Shown: positions 1 through 14,400 of the stretch, piece after piece
Layout: every line of letters begins with the position of its first letter
Numbering within the stretch: the first letter of the stretch is position 1
From: Leucoraja ocellata
Lineage: Eukaryota
NCBI GenBank assembly: GCA_036785375.1
Contig: JAWMAR010000160.1
Coordinates: 1,922,001 to 1,986,000 of the forward strand
DNA length: 64,000 nucleotides
Reading direction: 5' to 3'
Made by a program: the position numbers and the translations under genes
Notes under the pieces: generated by a model
Seen by the model: only the letters and a program-made list of their open reading frames with translations
Database searches by the model: none
Told to the model about the DNA's origin: nothing

Positions 1-244
1 TAATTTTCATTCCTCCCCATGCTTCAAGAACAGTGAATATGTTAACGATGGACAGGGAGGTGGTAGGCTCTCAGGGAAGAGCAATTTTACTCATAGGTTT
101 TTCTCAGTACCTTCACACTGTTGGTTTTCTGAAGTTACAACAATCCTGCTCTTGGTATAAATAATCTGCTTCTTCTTCCGATTGAATACTGGTCTCATGG
201 TCTGAAATACTGTCCCATCATCCAATGATTGGTTCTGTCCCTAC

Positions 245-547
245 TTTACAGATACAGCATGAAAACAGGCCCTTCGGATCACAGACTCCATGCTGACCAG
301 TGATCACCCTGTACACTTGCACTACCCAACACACTAGGGACAATTTACAATTTTATAGAAGCCCATTAACCGACAAACCCTGTACGTCTATGAAGTGTGG
401 GGGGAACCCGGAGCACCCGGTGAAAACCCACACAGGTTACGGGGAGAACATACAAACTCCATGCAGACAGCACCTGTAGTCAGGATAGAACCTGAGTCTC
501 TGGCGCTGTATGGCAGCAACTCTACCACTGCGCCACCGTGCCGCCCT
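245..547 (-). mobile_element. HE1/V-SINE-like tRNA-derived SINE (one of >25 copies in the window)
   Basis: tRNA-like head GGTGGCGCAGTGGTAGAG, V-domain-like core TGTCTGCATGGAGTTTGTATGTTCTCCCCG, and CR1-like tail GAAGGGCCTGTTT...GCTGTATCT. Confidence 0.75.
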
Positions 548-3500
548 CCTCAAGCATTGTGTGATCTTGGCGTTCTGCCAGCATTTGGCCCCGGTGAATA
601 GGTCATAAATAATGTGTCCATCAGGCCATGATGTCCTTGTGGGCAGTGCACACAGCGTTCCCTTTTCTTTACCTTTATCCCACCTTATTATTGGATTATT
701 TTCTGCAGCACATGTTTGTTAATAGAGAACTAATGTTGCTTGAGATTTGCAGGCCACTTTGGAAAATGTCCTTTTGTTGATTGACTCAAAAATACTTAAC
801 AGTGTTAACAGTAACTCTAAAGATCAGTGTGTTTATATGAATTTACAACTGAAACTTTCCAATAACATCGATGCAAAGTTATTCTTGTTTAATATTTGCA
901 TCAAAATTCTCTCAAAAATATCAAATAGAAACCAATAAGGTTTTCCATTCTGTTGCAGCAAAATCAGCTATCCGGACCCCAATGTTTTGTCATCTAACTC
1001 AAAAGGAAGTAGTTTAGTTTAGTTTAGAGATACAGTGCAGAAAAAGGCCCTTCGGCCCACCGGCAATCTCCCCACACTAACGGCATATAACACACACTAG
1101 AGACAATTTACAATGATACCAAGTAAATTAACCTGCCAACCTGTACGTCTTTGGAGTGTGGGAGGAAACTGGAGCAGCCGGAGAAAACCCGCACAGGTCA
1201 CGTTGGTCACGTTTGCCCTCAAGCTGAAGTTCCTCCTATAGATGGTATAAAATGCTGCTGCTGTGCTTCAGTGGTACAGGAAGTGGATGTCTGGGTGCTT
1301 ATCAAACAGGTTTTGATGTATTCTGTGGAGTGGAGATTTTTGAATACTGTTGAAGGTGCACTCATCCAAGCAAATGGATAGTATATCAAACACCTGACTT
1401 GAGCCTTGTAGATGTTTCAGTGTGGGGATGAGTTTCTAGCTGCAGGATTCCTCGCCTCTGACCTGCTCTTATAGTTATATTGTGTATATGGCTACTCCAT
1501 AGAAAATAGGTGCAGGAGGAGGCCATTTGGCCCTTCGAGCCAGCACTGCTGGCTCGAAGTTCCGTTTGTGGTCAATGATAACCCCATGGATATTGCTGGT
1601 GGGGGATTCAGTGATGGTAACGCTATTGAATATCAGTGAAGTGGGGTAGGGGCGGGGAGGAGAGCTGCATTTTCTCTTGTTGTATATTGTCATGGGCTGC
1701 CACTGTGTAGCGTGAGTGTAACTTGCCACCTATCAGCCTAGGCTTGGATGTTGTCCTGGCCTTGCTGTCTATGACTGCGGGCTGCTTCATTAATAGCGTC
1801 CACCAGTGGGGAAGGAAATCTGTTCCTTTAGGAAGGAGATGAGGAAGAATTTCTTTAGTCAGAGGTTGGTGAATCTGCGGAATTAATTGGCACAAAAGGC
1901 TGTGGAGGCCAAGTCAAGGCAGAGACAGTTAGATTTTTGACTAGTACCCGTGTCAGGGGTTGTGGGGAGAGGGCAAGAGAATGGGGTTAAGAGGGAAAGA
2001 TAGATCAGTCATGATTGAATGGCGGATTAGATTTGATGGGCCGAATGGTCTAATTCTGCTCCTATCACATGAATTTATTATCTGAGGAGTGATGAATGGG
2101 GATGAACATTGTACACTCATCAGAGAGCAGCTCTACTACTGACCCGGTTGAAGGAAGGTTATTGATGAAGTAGCTGAAGCAGCTGAAGATGGTTAGGCAT
2201 ATGAGAAAACAGTGTATGCCAAAAAACATACTGAATGATTTTTATGTGATGGTGCTGTTGTTAATCTTTTGAAGTTAGCACAGAACAAATGGCTAATTGT
2301 TTGTGCTTATGGTGGCAATTTTTTGATTTATTCCATTAGAAGATGTATTTATTCACTGTAGATTGAACAGGAAGCCTGAGCCACACCTACCTTAAACAAT
2401 CCCTTTTCCTGTTCGCATTACGGAAACAGTACAAGTGCAGGATGCGCCCTCATTGATAAGTAGCGGCCTACGTGGATAGTTACATGGGTTACAAAAGCAA
2501 GTTCAGATGATACTATTTGGCTACATCTATCAAGGACTACCAAATTGAACCAAGTTAAAAAAGCATCTGACCATTAAACTGTTGATCACTGCATTAATTC
2601 AGTAAAACCATAAACTATGTTTGCCACACCCTGATCCTGAAAAGAAACATCACAGAATTTCCCCCTCAACATTGGTTGAGCTTTAATATTCTGCTGGAGA
2701 CTCGCAGCTACCACAACTAGAGAGTGGTCTTGAACTACTATCTACATCATTGGAGACCCTCGAAGTATCTTTGATCAGACTTTACTGGTTTTATCTTGCA
2801 CTAAACGTTATTCACTATATTCCCTTTATCATGTATCTGTTCACTGTGGTTAGATTGTAATCATGTATTGTCTTTCCACTGACTGGCTAGCACGTAACAC
2901 AAGCTTGTCACCAGTTGCAATGGGATCCCACCACTCTCCATATCTTCCCACTTCCCACTCCTTTCTGCGTTCCAGAGGAATCACCCCTTCTGTGACTCCC
3001 CCATCCTTTCATCCCTCCCCATCAACTATTCCCTGATTCATGGTACTTCCCTCTGCAACGTTTGTTCTCATACTTCTTCCCTTGTGACCACCCAGGGAAC
3101 AGCCTTTCCAAATGTGGTAAAGGTTCACAGAACCACCTCCAAACTTGTCAACTGCATTCACTGCCCAAAAATGGCCTTCTCTAGTTTGGGAAGACCAAGA
3201 CCTAGGCACCCAGTTTTCAGAGCACCTGAACTGAGTCTGCCAGTGTTTCACTGCTGTTTTCCAGTTTAGGGCTATTTATTAGCACCATCTGAGACCATAA
3301 TTCAGTCAGTTTACAGAATAGTTCAACTAAGAAGAACCATCAATGACATCTCCTCTATTCCTTCAATTGGTTAGTTAACCTCAGTTGGAATTTCAAAACA
3401 GTAATATTGTTTAATTCACCAAGATGTGAATGATAAAAATGACAAAGAAAACACTTACAGTATAACCAAATAGAAATAGGTAATTGACAATGGCTTAGTA

Positions 3501-6500
3501 GGTTCAATGGCAATTTAATAATTCATCACAAGAGACAAGAAGAACTAACAAGAGCTAAAAAACCCTCTTTAAAATATTTCTGCTAATCACTATTCAACAA
3601 GTCAAAACAACTATTGATAATAAAGTAGATTTTTCAAGTTTGCAAATTTAATTGCACTGAAAATAATACATTTGTCCCAACATGTACCTTCCTGGGTCAC
3701 TGTGAATAAATGCATTCAATCCTTTCTCTTTGGGATTTGATAGATATAAGGTTTGTTGGAAACTAGGAAAGTGAAAATAATATTTATATAATGCATAACA
3801 ATATCTTCAACTATCTCAAAATTATTCTCAATTATTTATTTTGTTGCTTCATTTTCCACATGGCAAGTGTCCATAAATAATGAATTGGCTTGTAATTAGA
3901 TTACGCGATACTATTTTTCAACGCCTAATTGTGATGGAAAATGATTTTTATCTGGAGTAGATCATAATTGAGTTTCCAAGTTGCATCATATCAAATTGGG
4001 ATAATTTAATGGAACACTTTCCCTGGGAATCCAGTTTTTGTACCTAATCCTTTATATCCCAGGACTGATCCCGGTAGAATACTATTAGTCACAGACCTCC
4101 AGCCAAAATAATACCCTTCCACCATTAGCCTCTATTTTCTATGGGTAAGCCAATTCTGAATCCAATGTACATCTTAATCTTCTGGATCAGCCTTCCATGA
4201 GGGACCTTATCAAATCCCTTAAGATAACATCTTGATATTGTGAGCTTTGTTTTTATTTACTGAAGTGCCCTTGTTGTCTGGTTAAAACTCTTATCTATTT
4301 TATAGTAGCTTATGAAGAGACACTGAGACTTGCTGCCAGCGTTGGTTGATAAAATCATGGAATGTAGATGTTCTGTCAGCCCTGGAATGCTGAATGCTGG
4401 ATACAATCTCTCCTAGTTGAGATTACACGTGGATATGTACCAGAGACAAAACAAAGTGTGATTCTGTTGTGGTTGACCGAATAAAGACAGCAGGGCCACT
4501 GGATTTCCAGCTGAACTGAATATTGAGCTGGGTTTATTAGTTTAGAGATACAATTAGAGACACCGAGTCCGCCCTGACCGTACATTTATACATTTACACC
4601 TGGCAAATTAACCTACAAACCTGTACATCTTTGGAGAGTGGGTGGAAACTGAAGATCTCGGAGAAAACCCACGCGGTCACGGAGAGAAAGTACAAACTCC
4701 GTACAGACAGCACCCGTAGTCAGGAAGGAACCCAGGTTGATAGCGCAGCAAGGCAGTAGCTCTACCTCCGCCCCACCATGCCACCCTGGCTGTAGCAGAT
4801 AAACCTGAGCAGATGAGACTATCTCACTCATCACAAAGATGAGAACGTTACTGTACCACAGAGCTCTCAAGTGAAATGTTGGAGAATGCCGCACAAGTGC
4901 TTTAATCCACATGGAAATGGATCAGTTGATGTTACCAGTTCTTCACACATAAACGGGTGGCAGAATATCTATGATACTGTTTTATTAACAGGGCTAAGGT
5001 TGTTAGCAGATCATCTAGATTTTAAGGGTCTCAACCCAAATCATCACCTATTCCTTTGCTCCATAGATTTGCCTCACCCACCAAGTTTCTCCAGCATTTT
5101 TGTCTACCTTCGATTTTTACAGCATCTGCAGTTCCTTCTCAAACATCTGGATTTTTCAGATTGGAAGGATCTGTTTATCAGACAAGTTGTGTAATCTGCG
5201 TAAATTATTACATGGGAAAGAGTTACCTCGAGAAATGTGCATACGGACCTGCGAAGCTGTGAAGCTATTCAAAGCCAGGCTAGGAAGATTAAATGGGCAA
5301 TAGAAGAAGCACAAATTCTACACAAAAGGCAGAAGAGGGAAGTGAAACCAAGACGGCTGTGAAAGTGCAAGTGCGGTACATGCCACCATGAGAAACTGGA
5401 AAGGCAAAGTCTTGCGTTCATTCTTCTCAGGTTCTCCTTTGCACAGGTGAAAATGTGAACATAATTATCCATAGCCGTTATTAGTCTTCTAACATGCTGG
5501 AAATAATTCCATCCTCAAGATTTTGAGCTCTTATTCTGTGAATCTTGGGGCTCATTCTCTTTCCCTAAGTACATACATTCATAAGTGATAGGAGAAGAAT
5601 TAGGCCATTCGGCCCATCCAATCATGGCTGATCTATCTCTCCCTCCTAACCCCATTCTCCTGCCATCTCCCTATAACCCCTGACACCTGTACTAATCAAG
5701 AATCTATCTATCTCTGCCTTAAAAATATCCATTCACTTGGCCTCCACAGCCTTCTCTGGTAATGAATTCCACAGATTCACCATCCTGGTAACTATTCCTT
5801 GTACCAGCTATAATGTGATTTTCTACCTAACCTTGGTGGGAGCTGTGCGTTTGGGGGCTAAGCCTGCTGTGATTGCTATGTGGCAAACTGCTAATAGTTG
5901 CTAGGATCAATGTGGCCTGCATTGCTTTCCTTTCATGGAAACACTCCTGCTGACTGTAACCTGATCTAAGATTGTAATTCTCTTCTGTGGACCCCAAATA
6001 GTGCAGAATTACTGCCTAACAATTTTTTTAATTGATCTTAGAATAGAGTTGGAAAAATTCCAATACTCTTGTTAATGGTATTGATTACCAAGCAACTGTA
6101 CCATAGGATAGGAAGAACTCAAAAGTTTAGTTTAGGGATATAGCATGGCAACAAGCCCTTTGGCTCACCACGTCGACAAATTATCACTCATACACTACTT
6201 CTATCCTACACATTGGGGGCAATTAACAGAAACCAAGTAACTTACAAACCTGTACGTCTTTGGAACATGGGAGGAAACCGGAGCATCCGGAGAAAACCCA
6301 CGCGGTCACAGGGAGAACATGCAAACTCCGTTCAGATAGCACCCGTAGTCAGGATCAAACCCAGGTCTCTCACTCTGTAAGATAGCAACTCTACCGCTGC
6401 ACCACCGTGCCACATTTTATGGATCTTATCAGATAGTCTGTGAAATCTTTAGATTTTTATTGTTCATTGGGAACTTGCACAACGACTATGAAGATTTGTT

Positions 6501-9500
6501 CAAAATGGTTTTGACAATTCAATAATCTCTTACTATTGATGATGTTGTTAAATCCTGACGCCACACTCCTCTGACCCAGAGATGCATGTAACAAAATGAA
6601 ACCAGTTGAAAGTAGTAACAGAATTGTTGAATAACAGCTCTCTTGATTGACGATAAACTGATTTTCCAATTGTGCTGAATTTGATCAGTTCTTTTACACC
6701 AGTTTATAATAAATTTCAACTAGGGGTCATTGGAGACCCTTGGACTATATTTGATCGGACTTTATTGGCTTTATCTTGCACCAAATGCGATTCCCCTATC
6801 ATGTATTGTCTTTCTGCTGGCTGGTTAGCACGCAACAAAAGCTTTTCACTGTACCTCGGTGCACGTGACAATAAACTAAACTGAACTAAATATCATCTCT
6901 TCTTCTTCTTCTTGCGTATGGTGTGCACAGCCTAAAATAGTAAGACAATTTGTTCCATTTGATTTTCTGTTTGTGCACTCCAGGTTGATTGTATTCATCG
7001 ATACAGGGTGGACCACGTGAAAGTTGCAATCTCCCACCCCAACTAAATATCGTCTAATAACTAAAACCACCAAATCTTATGATTTTATAAATGCTAGTGA
7101 GATTAGGCAGCAATCTATATCTGTACTGCAGAAAGACAGTCAGCGCATCTTGGTGATTATACTTGAAGCTGAGAGTTTTAATAATGGAGTTTTAATAATG
7201 GAATAATGGAGACAAGTAAGGAGACACTGTTTCCTATTGCAAATGGAGCAGTAACCAGAGGCCATAAATTAAAAATAATTGGCAAAGGTGCAAGAGGAAT
7301 GTAAGTTTTTTTTCCCACTACAGGAGTTTGTCATGGTCTGGAATATAATATATGCAAGGGTAGTGGAAGCAGGTACATTCCTTGGGAACTGGCAAAAGCA
7401 ACCAGACAAATACAGTATATGAGGGGGTGTAGGAAGGCACTGCGGATGCTGGTTTACACCTAAGATAGACACGAAATGCTGGTGTAACTCAACCCGTAAC
7501 GTCACCCATTCCATCTCCAGAGATGCTGCCTATCCCGCTGTGTTACTCCAGCATTTTACGTATGTGAGGGGGATCCAGGTTGTGGGAAAAGTCTGTTTTT
7601 TGGAATAATTTCAACAGTTCCTTTTGAAAAACTTGTCGCGGGCCCAACTGAATGAATTGTTGTCTTTTACCTTGGATGATTACATGGATAGGACAGATTA
7701 GATGGACAAAACATGGGCAGGTGGGACGAGTGTAGCTAGGACATGTTGGCTTGAGTGGGTAAGTTGGGCTGAAGGGCCTGTTTCCACACTGTATAACTCT
7801 ATGATTGTGTGAACCCATTTGTATCACTTTCCTCCATACAAATTCATCTTTGCACCAAATCAATAAACAGGGGGACAAGGGAAAGGAAGGAATAGTTCTT
7901 GGTGTGAAACCTGACCTGAAAGAGGATCTTTCCTTGTGCATACCACACAGGGGCGTTCCTTATGTTACAGGAAACAAACAAACATTGGGTGAGGCTTCTG
8001 TGGTAGCTGGGCACATTCCAGTGAAGTTGCAGAATCGTGCAGCTGTCTAGAGTAGCATGTCTCTGCACGTTATAACTACACAATGAAAGAATGCAGTCAA
8101 GAAATATAGTTGTTGGCAAGATATGCAAATTTATAAAGATAATGGTTTAGTTAAGAAGAGTTAATTTGTGTTCTTTAATTTCAGCTAAGACATCATTTCC
8201 AAAGACGTACAGGTTTGTAGGTTAATTGGTTTGGTATAAATGTAAAATTGTCCCCAGTGTGCGCTAGTCCATGCTGACCAAGATCCCCCATTTGTTAGTT
8301 ACATTTTTCCCGCATTTGGCCCATGTCCCTCCAAACCGATCCATGCACATGTCAAAGTTTCACTTAAATATTGTCATTATACTTGCCTCAACTATCGCCT
8401 CTGGCAGTTATTTCCATATAGCCACCACCTTCTGAGTGAAAAAGATGCCCCTCGGGTTCCTATTCAATATTTCCCCACTCACCTTAAACCTATGTCCTCT
8501 GGTTCTTGATTCCTCTCTACTGGGTAAAAGATCCAGTGCATTCATCCTATCAATTCCCCTTTTATGATTTTATCCACATCTATAAAATCACCCTTTACCC
8601 TCTTGTGATGATCCAAGGAATAAATTCCTAGCGTGCCCAATCTCTCCCTTTAGCTTAGGCCCTTGAGTTCTGGCAACATCCTCGTAAGTCTCTGCTCTCT
8701 TTCCAGCTTAATAATATCCTTCCTATATAACAGGGTGACTAAAACTGAACACAATGCTCCAAATGCCGGGTCTCACTAACACCTTGTCCATCTGTAATGT
8801 TATGTCCTAGCTTCTACACTCAGTACCCTGACTGATGAAGGCCAATGTACCAAAACCCTTCCTAATCACTCTATCAACATGTGACGCCACTTTCAGGGAA
8901 CTGTGCACACGTGTGCTGCTAGATCCTTCTGCTCTACAATACCCCCATCCCCCCAGCGCTGTTCCATTCACTGTGAAGATCCTCCCCCCAGCCCCCCCCC
9001 CCCATCCCCCACAGGGCTGTTCCATTCACTGTGAAGGTCCTGCCCTTGTTTGACTTCCAAAATGCAACGCTGACATTTACCCACCCAAACCTTAAATAGC
9101 TCAGCCAAATTATTCTGCTGCCTTGTTTCTCATATATAAAAAAAACCTTGATGGGTGTCACTTTTCACCTTCACTATCATTGCGTTAAATCTCTTTCACA
9201 CTTTCTTGGTTTTGTGAATTCAACACACAGTTCCACCGTAAAATCAAAAATGATCATTGGTAATACTGAATAGGGCCATGCTAACATATAAGCTTTACTG
9301 AAAAGACATTGACACATGAATTTCAATAAAAAATAAATGTGAAATGATGTGTAGGGAATGTAAGGAGACCACAGACTGCAGAAAAGAAATAGGTAGGGAA
9401 GACCAAAAAGGCATTTGGGGATTACTGTAAGATTAAACAGTAAATAACATGTTAGAGTTAAAATGGTTTAAAAAAGCAAACATTTTTACCAGTAAAACAA

Positions 9501-11866
9501 AATGGTGAACGAAGGTGTTTATGTTAAACTTATATAAAAACATGGGGAAATAAAACAATACTATGCACAGTTTCTACGTAATAAATACGTTTTTTACAGG
9601 AACTGAGAAGGTGTAAAAAAAGATTTAACGCATTGATATTGGAACTGAAAAGTTACACCTATCAAGAAAAAATTAAACTGGCTCATGTTTTGTTTAAGGT
9701 AGAGAAATTAAAACTGTAGACAAAAAATGCTGGAGAAACTCATGGAGAAAAGAAGTAGGTGATAGATGCTGCCTCACCCGCTGCATTTTTCCAGCATTTT
9801 TTGTCAACTCGATTTTTCCAGCATCTGCAGTTCCTTCTTAAACAAATGAAACTGTAGGATAATTTAACTGGAGTTTAACTCTTGCCCAGAGTATGTGGAT
9901 CTCTTGCCCAGAATAGGTGAATAGAGGACCAGAGCACATAGGTTTAAGTTGAAGGGGAAATAATTTAATAGGAATCTGAGGGGTAGCTTTTTCACAAAAA
10001 GAGTGGTGAGTGTATGGAACATGCTGCCAGAGGAGGTAGGACTATCCCAACATTTAAGAAACAGTTAGGCAGGTGCATGCACAGGACAGGTTTGGAGGGC
10101 TATGGGCCAAACGCAGGCAGGTGGGACTTGTGTAACTGGGACATGTTCGCCAGTGTGGGCAAGTTGCGCCGAAGGGCCTGTTTGCACGCTGTTATAGTCT
10201 ATGACTATGACTCTATGAGTGCTTAATGACAAAGATGTTTGCACATGGGAGACATCAAAAATATAGGCCATAAATAGAAGACTAACAAATCCAAAAAGCA
10301 GTTCAAGTGATTAAAAAAAAATCTAAAGCATGATGAGTATTTGGAACTTGCTTCTGCAAGGAATAATTGGGTCAAATAGCATTTTGTTCCTGGATTTTGT
10401 TACATGCGGATTGATTAAGTAGACTCGGTGTAAACCAGCATCAACAGTTCTGTCCTACACGAATATATCCATACGTGGGTGATTTTTAATATTGCATTAG
10501 TTCGAAATAGAGGCCATGGTGAGAGAATCATACTGGCTTTATATCTGAGAACCATACAAGAGCATATGTAAAGCAGCAAACAGATTCAAATGGGGAAAGC
10601 CACAGAGAAATAGAAATTCTAATGTAACCCATTCTATTGTAACTTCCATCAATTCTTTTTGTAGTAACCATGGCAACCACATGGGCTTGATGTCAGGAAG
10701 TGTGCAACAGGAAAATGGAAAGTAAATGAAAGTTTACGTTTCATTCTATTTTCACTCTTTCATTTACCGTATTTCTGTCAATCCTTGCTTGACTGATTAT
10801 GTTTACAAATTGGAGTTGCTGAGTGAATTGTGAGTAAGCCATGACAATGAATTGAGATTTACAGATTCGTTTTCCTGGAGCCTGCACGGTTCATAGAGTG
10901 ATACCGCATGGAAACAGGCCCTTTGGCCCAACTTGCCCATGCCGACCAACATGTCCCACCTGCCCGTGTTTGGGCCATATACCTCCAAACCTGTCCTATC
11001 CATTTACCTGTTTAACTGTTTCTTAAATTTTGGGATAGTCCCTGCCTCAACTAGCTTCCTGGCAGCTCGTTCCATACACCCAACGCCCTTTGTGTAAAAA
11101 TGTTACACCTCAGATTCCTTTAAAATCTTTTCCCCTTCACCTTGAACCAATCTCCTCTGGTTCTCGACACACCTAGTCTGGGTAAGAGATTCTGTGCATC
11201 TACCCGATCTATTCCTCTTGGCACGTGAGAATCTCTGCTCCAATGCTAATGAACAGGAAACGTCAAATAAATTTAGTGCAGGAGTCATTATTCCTCCGGG
11301 CAGACAAGTTTAAAAGGATATGTTCTTCCTGATTAAGGATGCAGCTGTGATGAGCTATGCTCGCCCCCAGTACATAAGACAATAAAACATGTCACAAACA
11401 AATATCCCTAACGTTGATGGACAAGAACCACTTTTAATGACATCACCTTTTTTCCTTCCTTGTCCCTAGGCATTGACTATGCTGAATGTCTCAACTCACT
11501 GCATTTCATGAACTTATAATCTTATTTTATTCTTCATCATCATATTCTAAACCTATTCACATGCTTTCTCCTTCCTTACTTTTTTCTCTCATTCCCATTA
11601 TCATGCTCGGTGTAACTTTTGTCAGGACTGTTACAACATATAATCAATCTAAGATACTTGACCATAGATTTTCCTTGGCAGTGTTCACAAATGCTGGTTG
11701 ACCTGGACAAGGTGAGGACAAGAAAATAGGTTGGAGGTTACTTTACGTTGATGATATTTGGGGTCTGCAAAGGGATATACAGTAGATAGGTTGAGTGCAT
11801 GAGCAAAAACCTGGCAAATGGAATTTAAGCACTTCAGCAAAAGGAATCTAAAAGCAGACTATTATC

Positions 11867-11914
11867 CAAAGATCTTCTAGCAGAGCCGCTATAAGATCCG
11901 CTATAAGATCTTTG
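11867..11914. mobile_element. 48-bp hAT-type micro-MITE
   Basis: TIRs CAAAGATCTT(C/A)TAGC match 14/15. Perfect 8-bp TSD CTATTATC at 11859-11866 and 11915-11922. Confidence 0.7.
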
Positions 11915-12089
11915 CTATTATCTACATGGACACAAAAGTTGGAGTAAGCAGCGGATCTGACAGCATCTCTGGAGAAAAGGAAGAGGTGGTGTTTCAGGAC
12001 TTTTGTTTAAAGCAGCTTCTTCGGTTCCTTCCTACACATATTATCTACATGGTGCAGGTTAGGAGATGGTGTGGTGTAGAGAGAGCTGT

Positions 12090-12388
12090 AGTTTAGAGAT
12101 AAAATGCGGAAACAGGCCCTTCGGCCCACTGAGTTTGTGCCGACCAGCGATCCTCATGCACTAACACTATCCAACACACACTAGGGCCAATTTACAATGA
12201 TACCAAGCCAATTAACCTACAAACCTGTACGTCTTTGGAGTGTGGGAGGAAACGGGAGATCCTGGAGAAAACCTACGCAGGTCACAGGGAGAACGCACAA
12301 ACTCCGTACAACAAGCACCCATAGTCAGGATCGAACCCGGGTCTCTGGCCCTGTAAGGCAGCGACTCTACCGCTGCCACCCTGCCACC
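12090..12388 (-). mobile_element. HE1/V-SINE-like copy
   Basis: Full head, core and tail with (CTAAA)n end. Confidence 0.75.
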
Positions 12389-14104
12389 CGATGAATTGTC
12401 CTTGTATGAATTGCACAAAGTCAGCTGGCAAATGGTTTACAAGGTAAATGGCATATTGGCAATAATAGCATCGACCTGGAGTTCAAGAATAGGGAGCAAT
12501 TGTTTACATTGTACTGGGCTGTGGTGAGGCCACTCCTGTAGACTGGAAGGTGATAAATGTTTTATGAATCATGGAATTGAGGTGCTGCCTAACCCCCTGA
12601 GTTACTCCAACATTTTCTTTGTAAATTAACCAATTAATCTACAAATCTGCCAATTGGTTAACTTGTTATCTTTCATTCTCAGTTCTGATAAAGGCTCTTT
12701 GACTTTGATTTTCATTTGAAACTCTTTTATGTTGCCTTGTCTTTAACTTTCAAGAGCTGGTTCTGCCACCATTGAGGTTGTGAATGCACATAAAACCTCC
12801 CTCTCACATTATTGGATTTGAATGAGAATGTGCAAGGCATGATTTGTATGTTTGCAGATGACACTAACATAGTTGGTATAGTAAACGCATGAAGATGTTC
12901 TTTGAGAATTACAGCAGCATCTTGGCAAACTGGACAAGTGGACTGAGGAATGACAAATTAAAATAATCCAGATCATTGTGAGGTGTTGCAATTTGGGAAT
13001 TCAATGCATGGCAGAATCTTTGCAGTGAATGGTGGGGTCCTGTGAAGTGTTCTAGAGCCAAGAGATCTAGGAGTACAAGAGCTTTGTTCTCTGACAGCAG
13101 TGTAACATATGACCATGTGATAGCAGCAGAATAAGGCCATTCGGTCCATCAGCTCTACTCTGCCATCCAATCATGGCTGATCTATCTCCCCCTCTTAACC
13201 GCATTCACCTGCCTTCTCCCCATAATCCTTGACACCCGTACTTACCAAGAATCTATCTATCTCTGGCTTATAAATATCTATTGACGACCACCACAGCCTC
13301 TGTGGCATTGAATGCCACAGATTCACACCCTCTGACTAAAGATAGGGTGGTGAAGAAAGCTTTGGGCACATTGGCCTGCGTCAGAGAATTGAGCACAAAA
13401 GTTGGGATGTTATGTTAGTTGTACAAGATATTAGTCTCGCCACCCTTATTGTGTTCCGTGTTGGCCCTGCTAACGAAAGATGGCATGAAGCTGAAAAGAC
13501 TTACAAAGATGCTGCCAGGATTGAAGCATCTGAGCTGAAGTTGAGTAAACTAGGGCCTTCTTATTCCTTAGAGTGCAAGAGGCTAACATTTATGAGGGCT
13601 TAATATTATTAAACTGATCTGAGTCAGGGAGACGGACTATCTGAGATGTCACCAATCCACGTTCTCCAGGGATACTGCCTGACCTGTTGAGTTACTCCAG
13701 CACTTTGTGTCCTTCCATGATCAAACTCAGTCTCTGATCTGATGACCACACAGTGACTTCCTTCTGTTATCAGTAAAGTTTACTGTTTCAGCATTCAACA
13801 ACTGAAAATAGTATCCTAAACCTCCTATGGTTTAATTGCTCTCTCTGCTGGACAATATGCTCCAATACAGGTTGTCAATGACAGTCCAAAATTCTATGTT
13901 GAACGTCCCATTGCGGTAGTTGGATGGATTGGGACCATGAAGCTTAGATCAGGGTAACAATGGAGAGATGGGGTGGGGGTGGAGTGGTGAGGTAGGGTTG
14001 AATCATTCGTGGCTACAGGGAGAGTGGGTCATGTTTGTTGCTGGGGCTAGATGGCTGTAATTAGCTGCTGACTATGGAGGGGGATTGAGATAAGAGTTGC
14101 CATG

Positions 14105-14400
14105 AGGTGCAGAGTGGCGCACTGGTAGAGTTGCTGCCTTACAGCATCAGAGACCCGGGTTCAATCCTGACCAAGGGTGCTTGTCTGTACGGAGTTTGTA
14201 CGTTCTCCCTGTGACCGTGTGGGTTTTCTCCAGGTGCTCCGGTTTTCTCCCACACTCTAAAGACGTGAAGGTTGGTAGGTTAATTGGCTTCTATAAATTG
14301 TCCCTGGTGTGTAGGATAGAACTAGTGTGGGGTAATCATTGGTCAGCATGGACCCGATGGCCGAAGGGCCTGTTTCCGCGCTGTATCTCTAAAGTAAAGT
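14105..14400 (+). mobile_element. HE1/V-SINE-like copy
   Basis: GTGGCGCACTGGTAGAG...GGTTCAATCC...CTGTATCTCTAAAGTAAAG. Confidence 0.75.

Noticed and set aside
95-240. Possible minus-strand exon near the window start
   Set aside because: Short open frame with poor acceptor context and no recognisable similarity.
14105-14175. SINE heads as functional tRNA genes
   Set aside because: A and B boxes are present but there is no complete cloverleaf, and each continues into the SINE core and tail.
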